Origin: Opitutaceae bacterium
GTDB lineage: Bacteria > Verrucomicrobiota > Verrucomicrobiia > Opitutales > Opitutaceae
Length of the DNA: 64,000 bases
Assembly: GCA_019455245.1 (NCBI GenBank)
Contig: JACFMR010000019.1
Span: forward strand, 10,604 to 74,603
Direction: 5' to 3'
In this document: positions 21,454 through 30,172 of the stretch, one piece after another
Position numbering within the stretch: the first letter of the stretch is position 1
How the letters are laid out: every line of letters starts with the position of its first letter
The notes under the pieces: model-generated
Told to the model about the DNA's origin: nothing
Database searches by the model: none
Seen by the model: the letters and a program-made list of their open reading frames with translations, nothing else
Program-made: the position numbers and the translations under genes

Positions 21454-22392
21454 ATGAACCCCTGGCTGTTGCTCTTCGGCGGACTCGGGGTGCTCACCCT
21501 CGGCGCCCGCGGTTTGATCAGCGGCGGCGGCTCGCTGGCCCTGCGCTTCGGGATCACCCCGCTGGTCATCGGTCTCACCGTCATGGCCTACGGCACCAGC
21601 GCCCCGGAACTCGTGGTCAGCGCCGAGGCGGCCCTGCGCGATCGCGGGGGCATCGCCCTCGGCAACGTCATCGGTTCGAATGTCTGCAACGTCGCGTTGA
21701 TCCTCGGCTTCTGCGCATTGCTGCGACCGCTGACCGCGCACCGCAAGATCGTCTCGCGTGAAACCCCGATTTTGATCGGGGTTTCGGTGCTGGCCATGCT
21801 GCTGCTCCTCGACCGGCATCTCGGCCGGATTGACGGCATCGTGATGCTCATGCTGCTGGCGGTCTATTCGTGGTATATCATCCGCGCGGCCCGGCGCGAT
21901 GCCACCACCGAGCCCTCCGATTCCCCGCCGCGGCGCTATTCCCTCGGCCTGTCCCTGCTCTTCACGCTCGGGGGACTGGCCCTGCTCATTGTCGGGGCCG
22001 AGGGGTTCGTGGACGGCGCGGTGACGCTCGCGCGCTCCTGGGGTTGGAGCGAACTGCTCATCGGCCTCACCGTGATCGCCGTTGGCACCAGCATGCCGGA
22101 GTTCGCGCTCTCCACCGTCGCCACGCTCCGCCACGAATCCGACGTCGCGCTCGGCAATGTCGTGGGGTCGTGCCTCTTCAATCTCCTCGGCATCCTCGGA
22201 GTCGTCGGGGTCATCCATCCCACCGCCGTGCCGGAACTGAATCCCCTCGACCTGGTTGTCATGGTGGCCACCACGCTGGCGCTGCTGCCGCTGCTGTGGG
22301 GCGACCGTCGTATCACCCGTTGGGAGGGCGGCGTGCTGCTGGTCTGTTACGCGGTCTACACGTGGTGGATGTTTCAGCGGGGCGGGGCCTGA
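21454..22392 (+). CDS. calcium/sodium antiporter (CaCA family, YrbG-like)
   Basis: Two alpha-repeat motifs, GTSAPELVVS and GTSMPEFALS. ~10 hydrophobic segments. Confidence 0.85.
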   Translation: MNPWLLLFGGLGVLTLGARGLISGGGSLALRFGITPLVIGLTVMAYGTSAPELVVSAEAALRDRGGIALGNVIGSNVCNVALILGFCALLRPLTAHRKIVSRETPILIGVSVLAMLLLLDRHLGRIDGIVMLMLLAVYSWYIIRAARRDATTEPSDSPPRRYSLGLSLLFTLGGLALLIVGAEGFVDGAVTLARSWGWSELLIGLTVIAVGTSMPEFALSTVATLRHESDVALGNVVGSCLFNLLGILGVVGVIHPTAVPELNPLDLVVMVATTLALLPLLWGDRRITRWEGGVLLVCYAVYTWWMFQRGGA

Positions 22393-22442
22393 CCCGGAAT
22401 TCGGATTGTCTCCCCGCCTCCCCTCGGTCCAACTCCACCACC

Positions 22443-23363
22443 ATGATCCTTCGCACTCTCCGTCTCCTGCTTGGACTCTCGCTCGCCCTCCTCGGCCACA
22501 CCTACGCCCAGGAAGCCACCCCGCCCGCCGATTCGCCGGCCGCCGCCGATCTCAAGGCCTTGGTCGGCAGCATATCCGCCAAGATCCGCGCCGGGGCCGA
22601 CAACGCCGCCGATTTTGCCGAGGAAGCCGCCGCCTTTGACGCCCTGCTCGCCAAGTATGCCGGCGAGACCTCCGAGGACGTCGTGCGCATCGCCTTCATG
22701 CAGGCCACGTTTTACCTCCAGATCATGGAGGACACCGTGAAGGCCCGCGAACTCCTGCAGGCGGTCAAGGCCAACTATCCCGACAGCGAAGGCGCCAAGG
22801 CCGCCGACCAGGCGCTCGCCGCCATCGACCGCATGGAGGCCGCCGAGAAAGCCCAGACCGCCCTCATCGGCAGTCCCGCGCCCGAGCTCAATTTCATCTG
22901 GTCCAGCCGCGAGGGGCTCAAGGCCCTCTCCGAACTCAAGGGCCAGGTCGTCGTGCTCGATTTCTGGGCCACCTGGTGCGGTCCTTGCATTGCCTCCTTC
23001 CCGAAAGTTCGGGAGCACGTCGCACACTTTGAAGGCACGCCCGTGACCTTCCTCGGCGTCACCAGTATTCAGGGTTTTGTCGCCAACATGGGGCCGCGCA
23101 TCGATACCAAGAACGATCCCGCCAAGGAAATGGCCCTCATGCCCGAATTCATGCAGGCCAAGGAAATGACCTGGGACGTCGTCTTCAGCGAGCAACCGGT
23201 CTTCAACCCCGATTACGGCATCAGCGGCATTCCCTACGTCGCCATCATCGCCCCCGACGGCACCGTGCGCCACGCCGGCATCCATCCCGGCGACGACTCC
23301 GCCGACATCACGGGCAAGATCACCGCCCTGCTGCAGGAGTTCAATCTGCCGGTGCCGAACTGA
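22443..23363 (+). CDS. TlpA/ResA-family thiol-disulfide oxidoreductase with N-terminal helical extension
   Basis: Signal peptide MILRTLRLLLGLSLALLGHTYAQ. Thioredoxin motif VVLDFWATWCGPC. Start at ATG 22443; the upstream part of ORF 21870.. overlaps the antiporter out of frame. Confidence 0.85.
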   Translation: MILRTLRLLLGLSLALLGHTYAQEATPPADSPAAADLKALVGSISAKIRAGADNAADFAEEAAAFDALLAKYAGETSEDVVRIAFMQATFYLQIMEDTVKARELLQAVKANYPDSEGAKAADQALAAIDRMEAAEKAQTALIGSPAPELNFIWSSREGLKALSELKGQVVVLDFWATWCGPCIASFPKVREHVAHFEGTPVTFLGVTSIQGFVANMGPRIDTKNDPAKEMALMPEFMQAKEMTWDVVFSEQPVFNPDYGISGIPYVAIIAPDGTVRHAGIHPGDDSADITGKITALLQEFNLPVPN

Positions 23364-23427
23364 TCCAGTTCCGGGCTGGGGTGCCCGGTAAATTCCAAGC
23401 CACCGTCCGTCGTTCCAAGCCTGCCCC

Positions 23428-24375
23428 ATGTCCTTCTCCTCTGCCTCCCTCCCGTCACCACGCACGTTGCCGCAACTCAGTTCCTGCGGCCACAAGCTCG
23501 ACCTGTCCGAGGCGTCCTTCGGTTTTGTGCGCAGCTCCGCCGACTGCGTCGACGATCCGGCCGAGCTCAACCGCCGGCTGGCCGAGGACGGTTACCTCTA
23601 TGTGCCGGGATTTTTTGATCGCGACCTGATCGCGGCGGCGCGCGCCGAGGTGTGCGACCGGCTCGCGGCCGCCGATCTGCTTGATCCCGCCCACCCGACC
23701 ATCGCCGGCGTCGCCCGGCCGGGCATCACCAGCAACTACAAAGGCGAACTCGCGGTGCACAATGCCGCCATCCGGCGCGTCGTTTACGGACCCGAATTGC
23801 TCGGTTTTTACACCCGGCTCTTCGGTGAACCGGTGCGTCACTTCGACTACACCTGGTTTCGCGCGTTGAGCCGCGGCCAGGGTTCCACGCCGCACTGCGA
23901 TCTCGTTTACATGGGCCGCGGCACGCATCAGTTGCTCACCTGTTGGATCCCCTATGGCGACACCCCGCTCGAAACCGGTGGCGTCATGCTGCTCGAAGGC
24001 TCCCACCGCCAGCAGGAGCGGTTGAAGAATTATCTCGAGGTCGACGTGGACACCTACTGTGAAAACCGCCCCGCCCAGGTGGAGAAGGTCGTGCACCGGG
24101 GCGGCTGGAGTCATCCCGGTTTCCTGAGCAAAAATCCCGTCACCCTCCGCGCCAAGCTCGGCGGCCGCTGGCTAACCGCTCCGGAATGGCGCATGGGCGA
24201 CTTCATCACCTTTGGCATGCACCTGGTGCACGGCGGGCTCGACAACCTGACCGACCGCCTGCGCCTTTCCACCGACACGCGCTACCAGCGCGCCAGCCAG
24301 CCGATCGACGAGCGTTGGATCGGCGACAACCCCATCGCCAACACCCGCGCCGGCAAACGCGGCCGCGTGTGTTGA
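23428..24375 (+). CDS. phytanoyl-CoA dioxygenase (PhyH) family protein
   Basis: EDGYLYVPGFFD N-terminal motif, HCD metal triad region (STPHCDLVYM), later MHLVHGG. Confidence 0.75.
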   Translation: MSFSSASLPSPRTLPQLSSCGHKLDLSEASFGFVRSSADCVDDPAELNRRLAEDGYLYVPGFFDRDLIAAARAEVCDRLAAADLLDPAHPTIAGVARPGITSNYKGELAVHNAAIRRVVYGPELLGFYTRLFGEPVRHFDYTWFRALSRGQGSTPHCDLVYMGRGTHQLLTCWIPYGDTPLETGGVMLLEGSHRQQERLKNYLEVDVDTYCENRPAQVEKVVHRGGWSHPGFLSKNPVTLRAKLGGRWLTAPEWRMGDFITFGMHLVHGGLDNLTDRLRLSTDTRYQRASQPIDERWIGDNPIANTRAGKRGRVC

Positions 24376-24406
24376 GCCGGGTTGATGGACGCGATGTCCA
24401 CTTGGG

Positions 24407-24871
24407 CTAGGTCGTGATGAACTCCAGCACGATCGGGTGTACCAAGGCCTCGTAGTCGGCATACGCCATCTTGATGACCTCGGTGTGGGTGCCCGCGTTG
24501 AACGCGATTTCCGGCTCGGTGCTGAGGCTCGCCGCGACATAGACCGGCAGACCGTAGAGATTGCCTAACGGCGGCATCGCCCCGATCTCGCAATCCGGGA
24601 AGCGGTCGCGAAACTCCGTCTCGGTGGCCAGCCGCGCCTCGGGCGATTCCAGCATCTCGCGCAGATCATGCAGCACGATCCGCCGGGTCGCCGGCAGCAC
24701 GACCATCGCCAGGCCGCCGCCGGCCCAGACCATGACCGTCTTGGCAAAATCACGGCCCGCCACGTGCACCGAGGCGGCGACATCCGCCGCGGTGAACGCC
24801 TGCGAATGCCGGATCGTCACGTATTTCACGTTATGGGCGTCGAGGAATTCCCTGACCTTGTTCGCTGGCAT
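24407..24871 (-). CDS. YbaK/EbsC-type aminoacyl-tRNA deacylase domain protein
   Basis: MPANKVREFLDAHNVKYVTIRHS...AKTVMVW...GAMPPLGNLYGLPVY. ATG 24871 is preceded by AAGGAGGA. Confidence 0.75.
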   Translation of the reverse strand: MPANKVREFLDAHNVKYVTIRHSQAFTAADVAASVHVAGRDFAKTVMVWAGGGLAMVVLPATRRIVLHDLREMLESPEARLATETEFRDRFPDCEIGAMPPLGNLYGLPVYVAASLSTEPEIAFNAGTHTEVIKMAYADYEALVHPIVLEFITT

Positions 24872-25066
24872 ATGTCCTCCTTCGTTGAGCGTTGCGGTTT
24901 CTCCTGTGGCTTGTCGAAGCATCGCACCCGCCGGGAGTGACACCAGACGCGTCCGGTGCGGCGACAGGCTTAGTATGACGCTCCCGCGCGGGATGTCCAT
25001 CCTCGCCGGCCGCAATTCGCGATTTATTGTCCGCCCCGGTCCGAGTCCTGTCGCGACCGGAACCGG

Positions 25067-25663
25067 TCAAGCCGGCTGCAGCTTCCTCATCATGCCATCG
25101 CGGCAGGCCGGACAGATGCCATGGGTGAGTTGCGGCATCGTCTCCGCCGCCAGCAGATCCAGCCGCGCCACCGCCTCCTCCACCGGCAACCAAACCTCGT
25201 CCGCCACGGCCACCTGCTGGCACCAGCTGCATACCCGCGTCCAGCGCGCGTCCCGCGTTTGGTGACAATCCAGCAGCTGCACCTTCGGGCGCGGCTCCTC
25301 CCATTCCAACACGGAACGAAACTCCACGACCCCATGCTCATGCGCCCGCACCGTCATGCGGAACAGCCGCCGCCACTCCGGGGCATCGCAACGGTACGTG
25401 AACTCCACCGGATGTCCCGCCCTCGCCCGCCGGATCATCTGCCAATAGAGCTCGGCAATGCCCTCGCCGGAAACAAAATCCCACAGGGACCGGCCGATCA
25501 CCTTGTCCGCAACCACCTCACCGCCGTCATTCGCCTCGGCAAACTCGCCCCAGGCGTCGTTCACCGCGATGATGCGGTCGTCCGCGTCGATCCGGTAGTT
25601 GAGCGTCAGGGCGTGGGCGGCTTCGGTGGTGGCCATGTCGCCAGCCAACGCCGTCCCCGCCAA
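25067..25663 (-). CDS. PAS-like small protein with C-terminal CxxC...CxxC motif
   Basis: PAS-like core (IIAVNDAWGEFAEANDG..VIGRSLWDFV..PVEFTYRCD..RRLFRMTV), then CSWC and HGICPAC about 35 aa apart. Alternative start at 25636. Confidence 0.65.
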   Translation of the reverse strand: MAGTALAGDMATTEAAHALTLNYRIDADDRIIAVNDAWGEFAEANDGGEVVADKVIGRSLWDFVSGEGIAELYWQMIRRARAGHPVEFTYRCDAPEWRRLFRMTVRAHEHGVVEFRSVLEWEEPRPKVQLLDCHQTRDARWTRVCSWCQQVAVADEVWLPVEEAVARLDLLAAETMPQLTHGICPACRDGMMRKLQPA

Positions 25664-25775
25664 AACTCAAGCCGGTCCGATTTTGCCCGAAACCCGCCCC
25701 AACCTCAGGTATATTCCCCATGGGGTACAATAGTATCGCCGGACCGATGCACGCGGGTACATTGCGCCTGCACCT

Positions 25776-27635
25776 ATGATCCGTTTGTTTCACGCTTGGT
25801 TGGCCCGACTCGACGGAGCCTACCAAGGGCAGTCCCATTTCACCGTGATGAAGGCCCGTTTGCTGGCTGTCATCGCGTTGATCGTACTGATTTTCCTGCC
25901 GATCAATGTGGTCAAGGTCCTCTTGATCCAGCCGCCGCTCATCGGGCTGCGGCTCGTTTTCAATGTCCTGCTCTTCGCGGCCGGCGTCTGGTCGGTGCGC
26001 ACCTTGTGGCGCGGCCGTCTGACCATGGCCGGGGACATCCTCGCGCTGGGCTTGGTGCTGCCCGCCCATCTGGCCGCGCTCATCCCCGGTGTGCTCTACG
26101 ATTCGTTGCCGGTGGGCACCGCCATCCAGATCTTCGCCTATGACCTCATGTTTCTGCTCATGGCCGCAACCTTCGCCTCGCGTCGCACGGCCATCGCCGT
26201 CTTTGCCGTCATCCTGACCAGCCATTTCTGGGCCAACGGCATGGAATTCGGCCCCCGTGTGCCGTCCGACACCCTCGATTTCGCCGCCCAAACCCTGTTC
26301 ATCGACGGATTTTTCGCCCTCTGTTTTGTCTTCCTGATCAGCCTCACGCTCATGCGTCTCATCGGCTCCGCCCACCTGCGCAGCGAAAAAGCGCTGCGCG
26401 ACACCCGGGCCACCAACGCCAATCTGGAACGCCTTGTCCAGGAGCGCACCCGCGAGTACGAGGCCGCCTCCGCCCGCGCCGCCGCGGCATCGCAGGCCAA
26501 GAGCGAATTTCTCGCGAACATGAGCCACGAGATTCGCACGCCGCTCAACGGCATCATCGCCTCCGCCGACCTGCTCCAGCGCCGCCGCGACCTGCCGGAA
26601 AGCGCCCTCGACTCGGTCCGCCTCGTCGCGCGCTCCGGCGACCTGCTGTTGAAACTGCTGGGGGACATTCTGGATGTCTCCAAAATCGAGGCCGGCCGGC
26701 TGCGGCTCGAACAGCATACGTTTCACCTTGCCGAAAGCGTGCGCGAAAGCGTCGAGCTCATGGCCACCAAGGCCGGGCCGGACGGACTTCACATTGAGGC
26801 CGAACTCGACCCGCATCTGCCCGTGCATGTGGTGGGCGACAGTTACCGGTTGCGCCAAGTGCTGCTCAATCTGCTGTCCAACGCGGTGAAATTCACCCCG
26901 CGCGGCGGACACGTGAAGCTGCGCGTGACCGCCGTGGCGACCCCGGCCGAACCACGGCCGGTGTGCTTCGAGGTCAGCGACACGGGCATTGGCATGGATG
27001 AGGCAACGCGCATGCGGGTGTTCGAGCGCTTCACCCAGGGCGATTCTTCCACCACGCGTCGCTACGGCGGTTCCGGCCTCGGTTTGGCCATCAGCGCCAG
27101 GCTGGTCCAATTGATGGGCGGCAAGCTCGAACTCGAAAGCACACCGGGCCGGGGTTCTCGCTTTCATTTCACCATCCCGTTGCCCCCCGGCGAAGCCGGC
27201 CCGGCCGCGGACGACAATGCCGGTGGCGAACTCCCTCCGCTGAATCTGCGCGTGCTCGTGGTTGAGGACAATCTGATCAACCGCCGGATTCTCGCGGCCC
27301 AGCTGGGCCACCTCGGTTGCACCTGCGAATACGCCATCGATGGCGAGGAGGCCCTCGCCACCTTGGCCAGCCGACCGCTGCCGGACATCATTCTGATGGA
27401 TTGCCACATGCCCAACCTTGACGGCTGGGAAGCCACCCGGCGCATCCGCGCCTGGGCCGATGAACCTTTGGGGCAAAAGCGGGCCGCTTCGACTTTGCCC
27501 ATCATCGCCCTCAGCGCCGCCGCCCTGCCCGACGAACAGTTGCATTGCCGCGAAGTCGGCATGGATGGATTCATCGCCAAGCCCGTGCGCCTGCCGGAGT
27601 TGCATTTCATGCTGCGGCACCACGTGCAGCACTGA
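25776..27635 (+). CDS. hybrid sensor histidine kinase / response regulator
   Basis: ~6 N-terminal TM segments. HisKA box SHEIRTPLNGI. HATPase (DTGIGM, GGSGLGLAI). C-terminal REC (VVEDNLINR..ILMDCHMPNLDG). Confidence 0.9.
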   Translation: MIRLFHAWLARLDGAYQGQSHFTVMKARLLAVIALIVLIFLPINVVKVLLIQPPLIGLRLVFNVLLFAAGVWSVRTLWRGRLTMAGDILALGLVLPAHLAALIPGVLYDSLPVGTAIQIFAYDLMFLLMAATFASRRTAIAVFAVILTSHFWANGMEFGPRVPSDTLDFAAQTLFIDGFFALCFVFLISLTLMRLIGSAHLRSEKALRDTRATNANLERLVQERTREYEAASARAAAASQAKSEFLANMSHEIRTPLNGIIASADLLQRRRDLPESALDSVRLVARSGDLLLKLLGDILDVSKIEAGRLRLEQHTFHLAESVRESVELMATKAGPDGLHIEAELDPHLPVHVVGDSYRLRQVLLNLLSNAVKFTPRGGHVKLRVTAVATPAEPRPVCFEVSDTGIGMDEATRMRVFERFTQGDSSTTRRYGGSGLGLAISARLVQLMGGKLELESTPGRGSRFHFTIPLPPGEAGPAADDNAGGELPPLNLRVLVVEDNLINRRILAAQLGHLGCTCEYAIDGEEALATLASRPLPDIILMDCHMPNLDGWEATRRIRAWADEPLGQKRAASTLPIIALSAAALPDEQLHCREVGMDGFIAKPVRLPELHFMLRHHVQH

Positions 27636-27747
27636 GAACCGCCCGCCCGCCGGCGGCATCCCGGCGCTCGACGCCGGAGCAAAACCTGTTTACAAACAAA
27701 GCGCAGGCAGCGCGGTTGGCGCCTGCTTGCCTTGGTATCATTCCGCC

Positions 27748-29955
27748 ATGACGGATTCCACCCACTCCGCTCCCTCACCTGCCGGCCGGGCTTGGACCGG
27801 CGACCTGTGGGGTGGGTTTGCCGCGATGCTGGTCGCGCTGCCCTCGGCCATCGCCTACGGCGTCGCGGTTTACGCCCTGCTCGGGCCCGAGTATGTCAGC
27901 CACGGGGTGCGCACCGGCATCATCGGCGCGGCCGTACTCGGTTTTGTCACCGCCGCCATGGGTGGTGCCCCGCGCCTGATCTCCGCGCCCTGCGCGCCTG
28001 CCGGCGCCGTGCTGGCCTCGCTGGCCGTGGGTATGCTCGCGACCGGGGACACCGCGGTAACACCGGAACGCATCATCCTGTTGCTTGCGGTCGTCGCCGT
28101 GCTTTCGGGCGTGCTTCAACTCGGCTACGGCTTGGCCGGCGGAGGGCGCCTGATCAAATTCATCCCGTATCCCGTGGTTTCAGGTTACCTGAGCGGAGTC
28201 GGCGCGATCATTTTTCTCGGGCAATTGCCCAAATTGCTCGGTCTCCCCGGCAAGCACCTGGCCGCCCCGGCGCTGTGGTCGGGGCCCGCCATCATCGTCG
28301 GCCTGATCACGATTGCCGGCGTGCTGCTTGCCCCGCGCGTCACCAAGGCCGTGCCCGCCACGATTCTCGGGCTCGCTGCCGGTGTCCTCGCCTATTTCGG
28401 CCTCGCAACCCTGCGCCCCGAACTGCTCACGCTGGACCGCAATCCGCTGCTGCTCGGTCCCATGGGCGGCGGTGCACGCGGTCTGTTCGGCGGCCAAACC
28501 GGTATGTGGGCGGCGTGCGTCGGATTGACCTGGACCGACCTGCGCCTGCTCATTCCGCCCGCCGTCACCCTGTCGGTGCTGTTGTCGGTCGACACCCTGA
28601 AAACCTGCGTCGTGGTGGATTCTCTCACCCACACCCGCCATGACTCCAACCGCACGCTCATCGGTCAGGGTACGGGCAATCTGATTTCCGCCCTGCTCGG
28701 CGGCATGCCCGGCGCCGGCACCATGGGCGCCACCCTGGTGAGCGTCGAGAGCGGCGGCCGATCCCGACTCTCCGGTTTGTGCGAGGGTATTTTTGTTTTG
28801 TTGGCGGCCTTGCTGCTGGCCCAATGGCTCGCGTGGGTGCCGGTGGCCGCGCTGGCGGGCATCCTCATCGTGGTGGCGGTGCGCATGTTCGACTGGGGCA
28901 GCTTTCACCTGCTGAAACAGCGCTCCACCATGCTCGACTTCGCGGTCATCGCCACGGTGATCGTGGTGGCCGTGGGCGCCAATCTGATCGCCGCGGCCGG
29001 CGCCGGCGTGGGTCTGGCCATGCTACTTTTCATCCGCGACCAGATCCGCAGCCCCGTGATCCGCCGCAAAATCGACGGCACCGGCATCTCCTCGACGCAG
29101 CACCGCGCGCCCGCCGACCAGAGCCTGCTGCAACCGCACCGGGCCCTGATCACCGTGTGCGAACTGCAGGGCAGCCTCTTCTTCGGCACCACCGACCAGT
29201 TGCGCACGGAACTCACCCCGGTCCTGCCGCACTGCCGCTGGCTGATCCTCGATCTGCGCCGTGTGACCGCGATGGACTACACCGCCGCGCACCTTTTCGC
29301 CGAACTCAACACCGACCTCAACGCCCAACGCGGCGGACTCCTCTTCAGCCGGCTGCCGACCCGGCGCGATTTGCGCAACTACATCGAACAGATCGGCGTG
29401 CTCGGCGCCAAAACGACCGCGCGCCGGTTCGAGACGCTGGATGACGCGCTGTGCTGGGCGGAGGACCGGGTGCTCGCCGCCCTGCGTCCCGCTCCGACGG
29501 ATGTCGAGACGCCGCTGCAACTCGCGGAGTTTGAGCTGTGTCGGGCGATGGATTCCGACCAGACCCTGTCCGCCCTGGCGACCTGTGCCGAACCGCGCAG
29601 CTACGCGGCCGGTGACGCCATCTTTCGTGCCGGCGAGGTCTCGGATGAAATGTTCCTCATCCGCCGCGGCATCGTGCGCATCGTGCTCCCCGCCGGCGTC
29701 ACCCATCACAATCTGGCCTCGTTTGGCCGCGGCAATTTTTTCGGCGAACTGGCGTTTCTCGACCGCGGCAACCGTTCCGCCGACGCCATCGCCGTGACCC
29801 CCGTGGATCTGTTTGTCCTGTCACGCGCCCGGTTTGACGAGCTGTCGCGCGCGCAACCCTTGATCGGCGTCAAAATCTTCGCCCGCATCGCGCGGACCCT
29901 CGCCCTCCGCCTGCGCCGCAGCGATCAGGAACTCCGCACGTATTACGACACCTGA
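27748..29955 (+). CDS. SulP-family anion transporter fused to STAS and cyclic-nucleotide-binding domains
   Basis: SulP N-terminus DLWGGFAAMLVALPSAIAYG. STAS region (CELQGSLFFGT). C-terminal cNMP-binding (FFGELAFLD..RSADAIA). Start at ATG 27748. Confidence 0.85.
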   Translation: MTDSTHSAPSPAGRAWTGDLWGGFAAMLVALPSAIAYGVAVYALLGPEYVSHGVRTGIIGAAVLGFVTAAMGGAPRLISAPCAPAGAVLASLAVGMLATGDTAVTPERIILLLAVVAVLSGVLQLGYGLAGGGRLIKFIPYPVVSGYLSGVGAIIFLGQLPKLLGLPGKHLAAPALWSGPAIIVGLITIAGVLLAPRVTKAVPATILGLAAGVLAYFGLATLRPELLTLDRNPLLLGPMGGGARGLFGGQTGMWAACVGLTWTDLRLLIPPAVTLSVLLSVDTLKTCVVVDSLTHTRHDSNRTLIGQGTGNLISALLGGMPGAGTMGATLVSVESGGRSRLSGLCEGIFVLLAALLLAQWLAWVPVAALAGILIVVAVRMFDWGSFHLLKQRSTMLDFAVIATVIVVAVGANLIAAAGAGVGLAMLLFIRDQIRSPVIRRKIDGTGISSTQHRAPADQSLLQPHRALITVCELQGSLFFGTTDQLRTELTPVLPHCRWLILDLRRVTAMDYTAAHLFAELNTDLNAQRGGLLFSRLPTRRDLRNYIEQIGVLGAKTTARRFETLDDALCWAEDRVLAALRPAPTDVETPLQLAEFELCRAMDSDQTLSALATCAEPRSYAAGDAIFRAGEVSDEMFLIRRGIVRIVLPAGVTHHNLASFGRGNFFGELAFLDRGNRSADAIAVTPVDLFVLSRARFDELSRAQPLIGVKIFARIARTLALRLRRSDQELRTYYDT

Positions 29956-30007
29956 TACCACCCTGTCCTATCAACACTCGCGTAATGGACTGACGGCAGA
30001 TGGTGGC

Positions 30008-30027
30008 GCGCCTTGCCCTCAAGGCGC
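30008..30027 (+). repeat. CCCT-loop hairpin (family copy 2), 3' of SulP gene
   Basis: GCGCCTTG-CCCT-CAAGGCGC, perfect 8-bp stem. Confidence 0.7.
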
Positions 30028-30051
30028 CGGTTTCCAAGGGAGAACCGACCC

Positions 30052-30073
30052 AACGCATTGAGGGCAATGCGTT
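30052..30073 (-). repeat. CCCT-loop hairpin (family copy 3), 3' of ABC-F gene
   Basis: Minus-strand reading AACGCATTG-CCCT-CAATGCGTT, perfect 9-bp stem. About 100 nt downstream of the minus-strand gene end. Confidence 0.7.
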
Positions 30074-30172
30074 CCGCCGAAAGTCAGACTGTCTGCGCTT
30101 CACAATAAACCACCGGACTTTGGCGCGGCCGCGCCGGCAGGGGCAGACCACCGGGCTGCCCGCGAGTCGACA

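Noticed and set aside
21870-22442. Upstream extensions of ORFs (21870.. for the TlpA-like gene, 27418.. for SulP, 36598.. for korA, 45438/47036 for clpS/proS)
   Set aside because: The extensions overlap neighbouring genes out of frame, are Arg/Pro-rich, and precede internal Met codons where the recognisable protein families begin.
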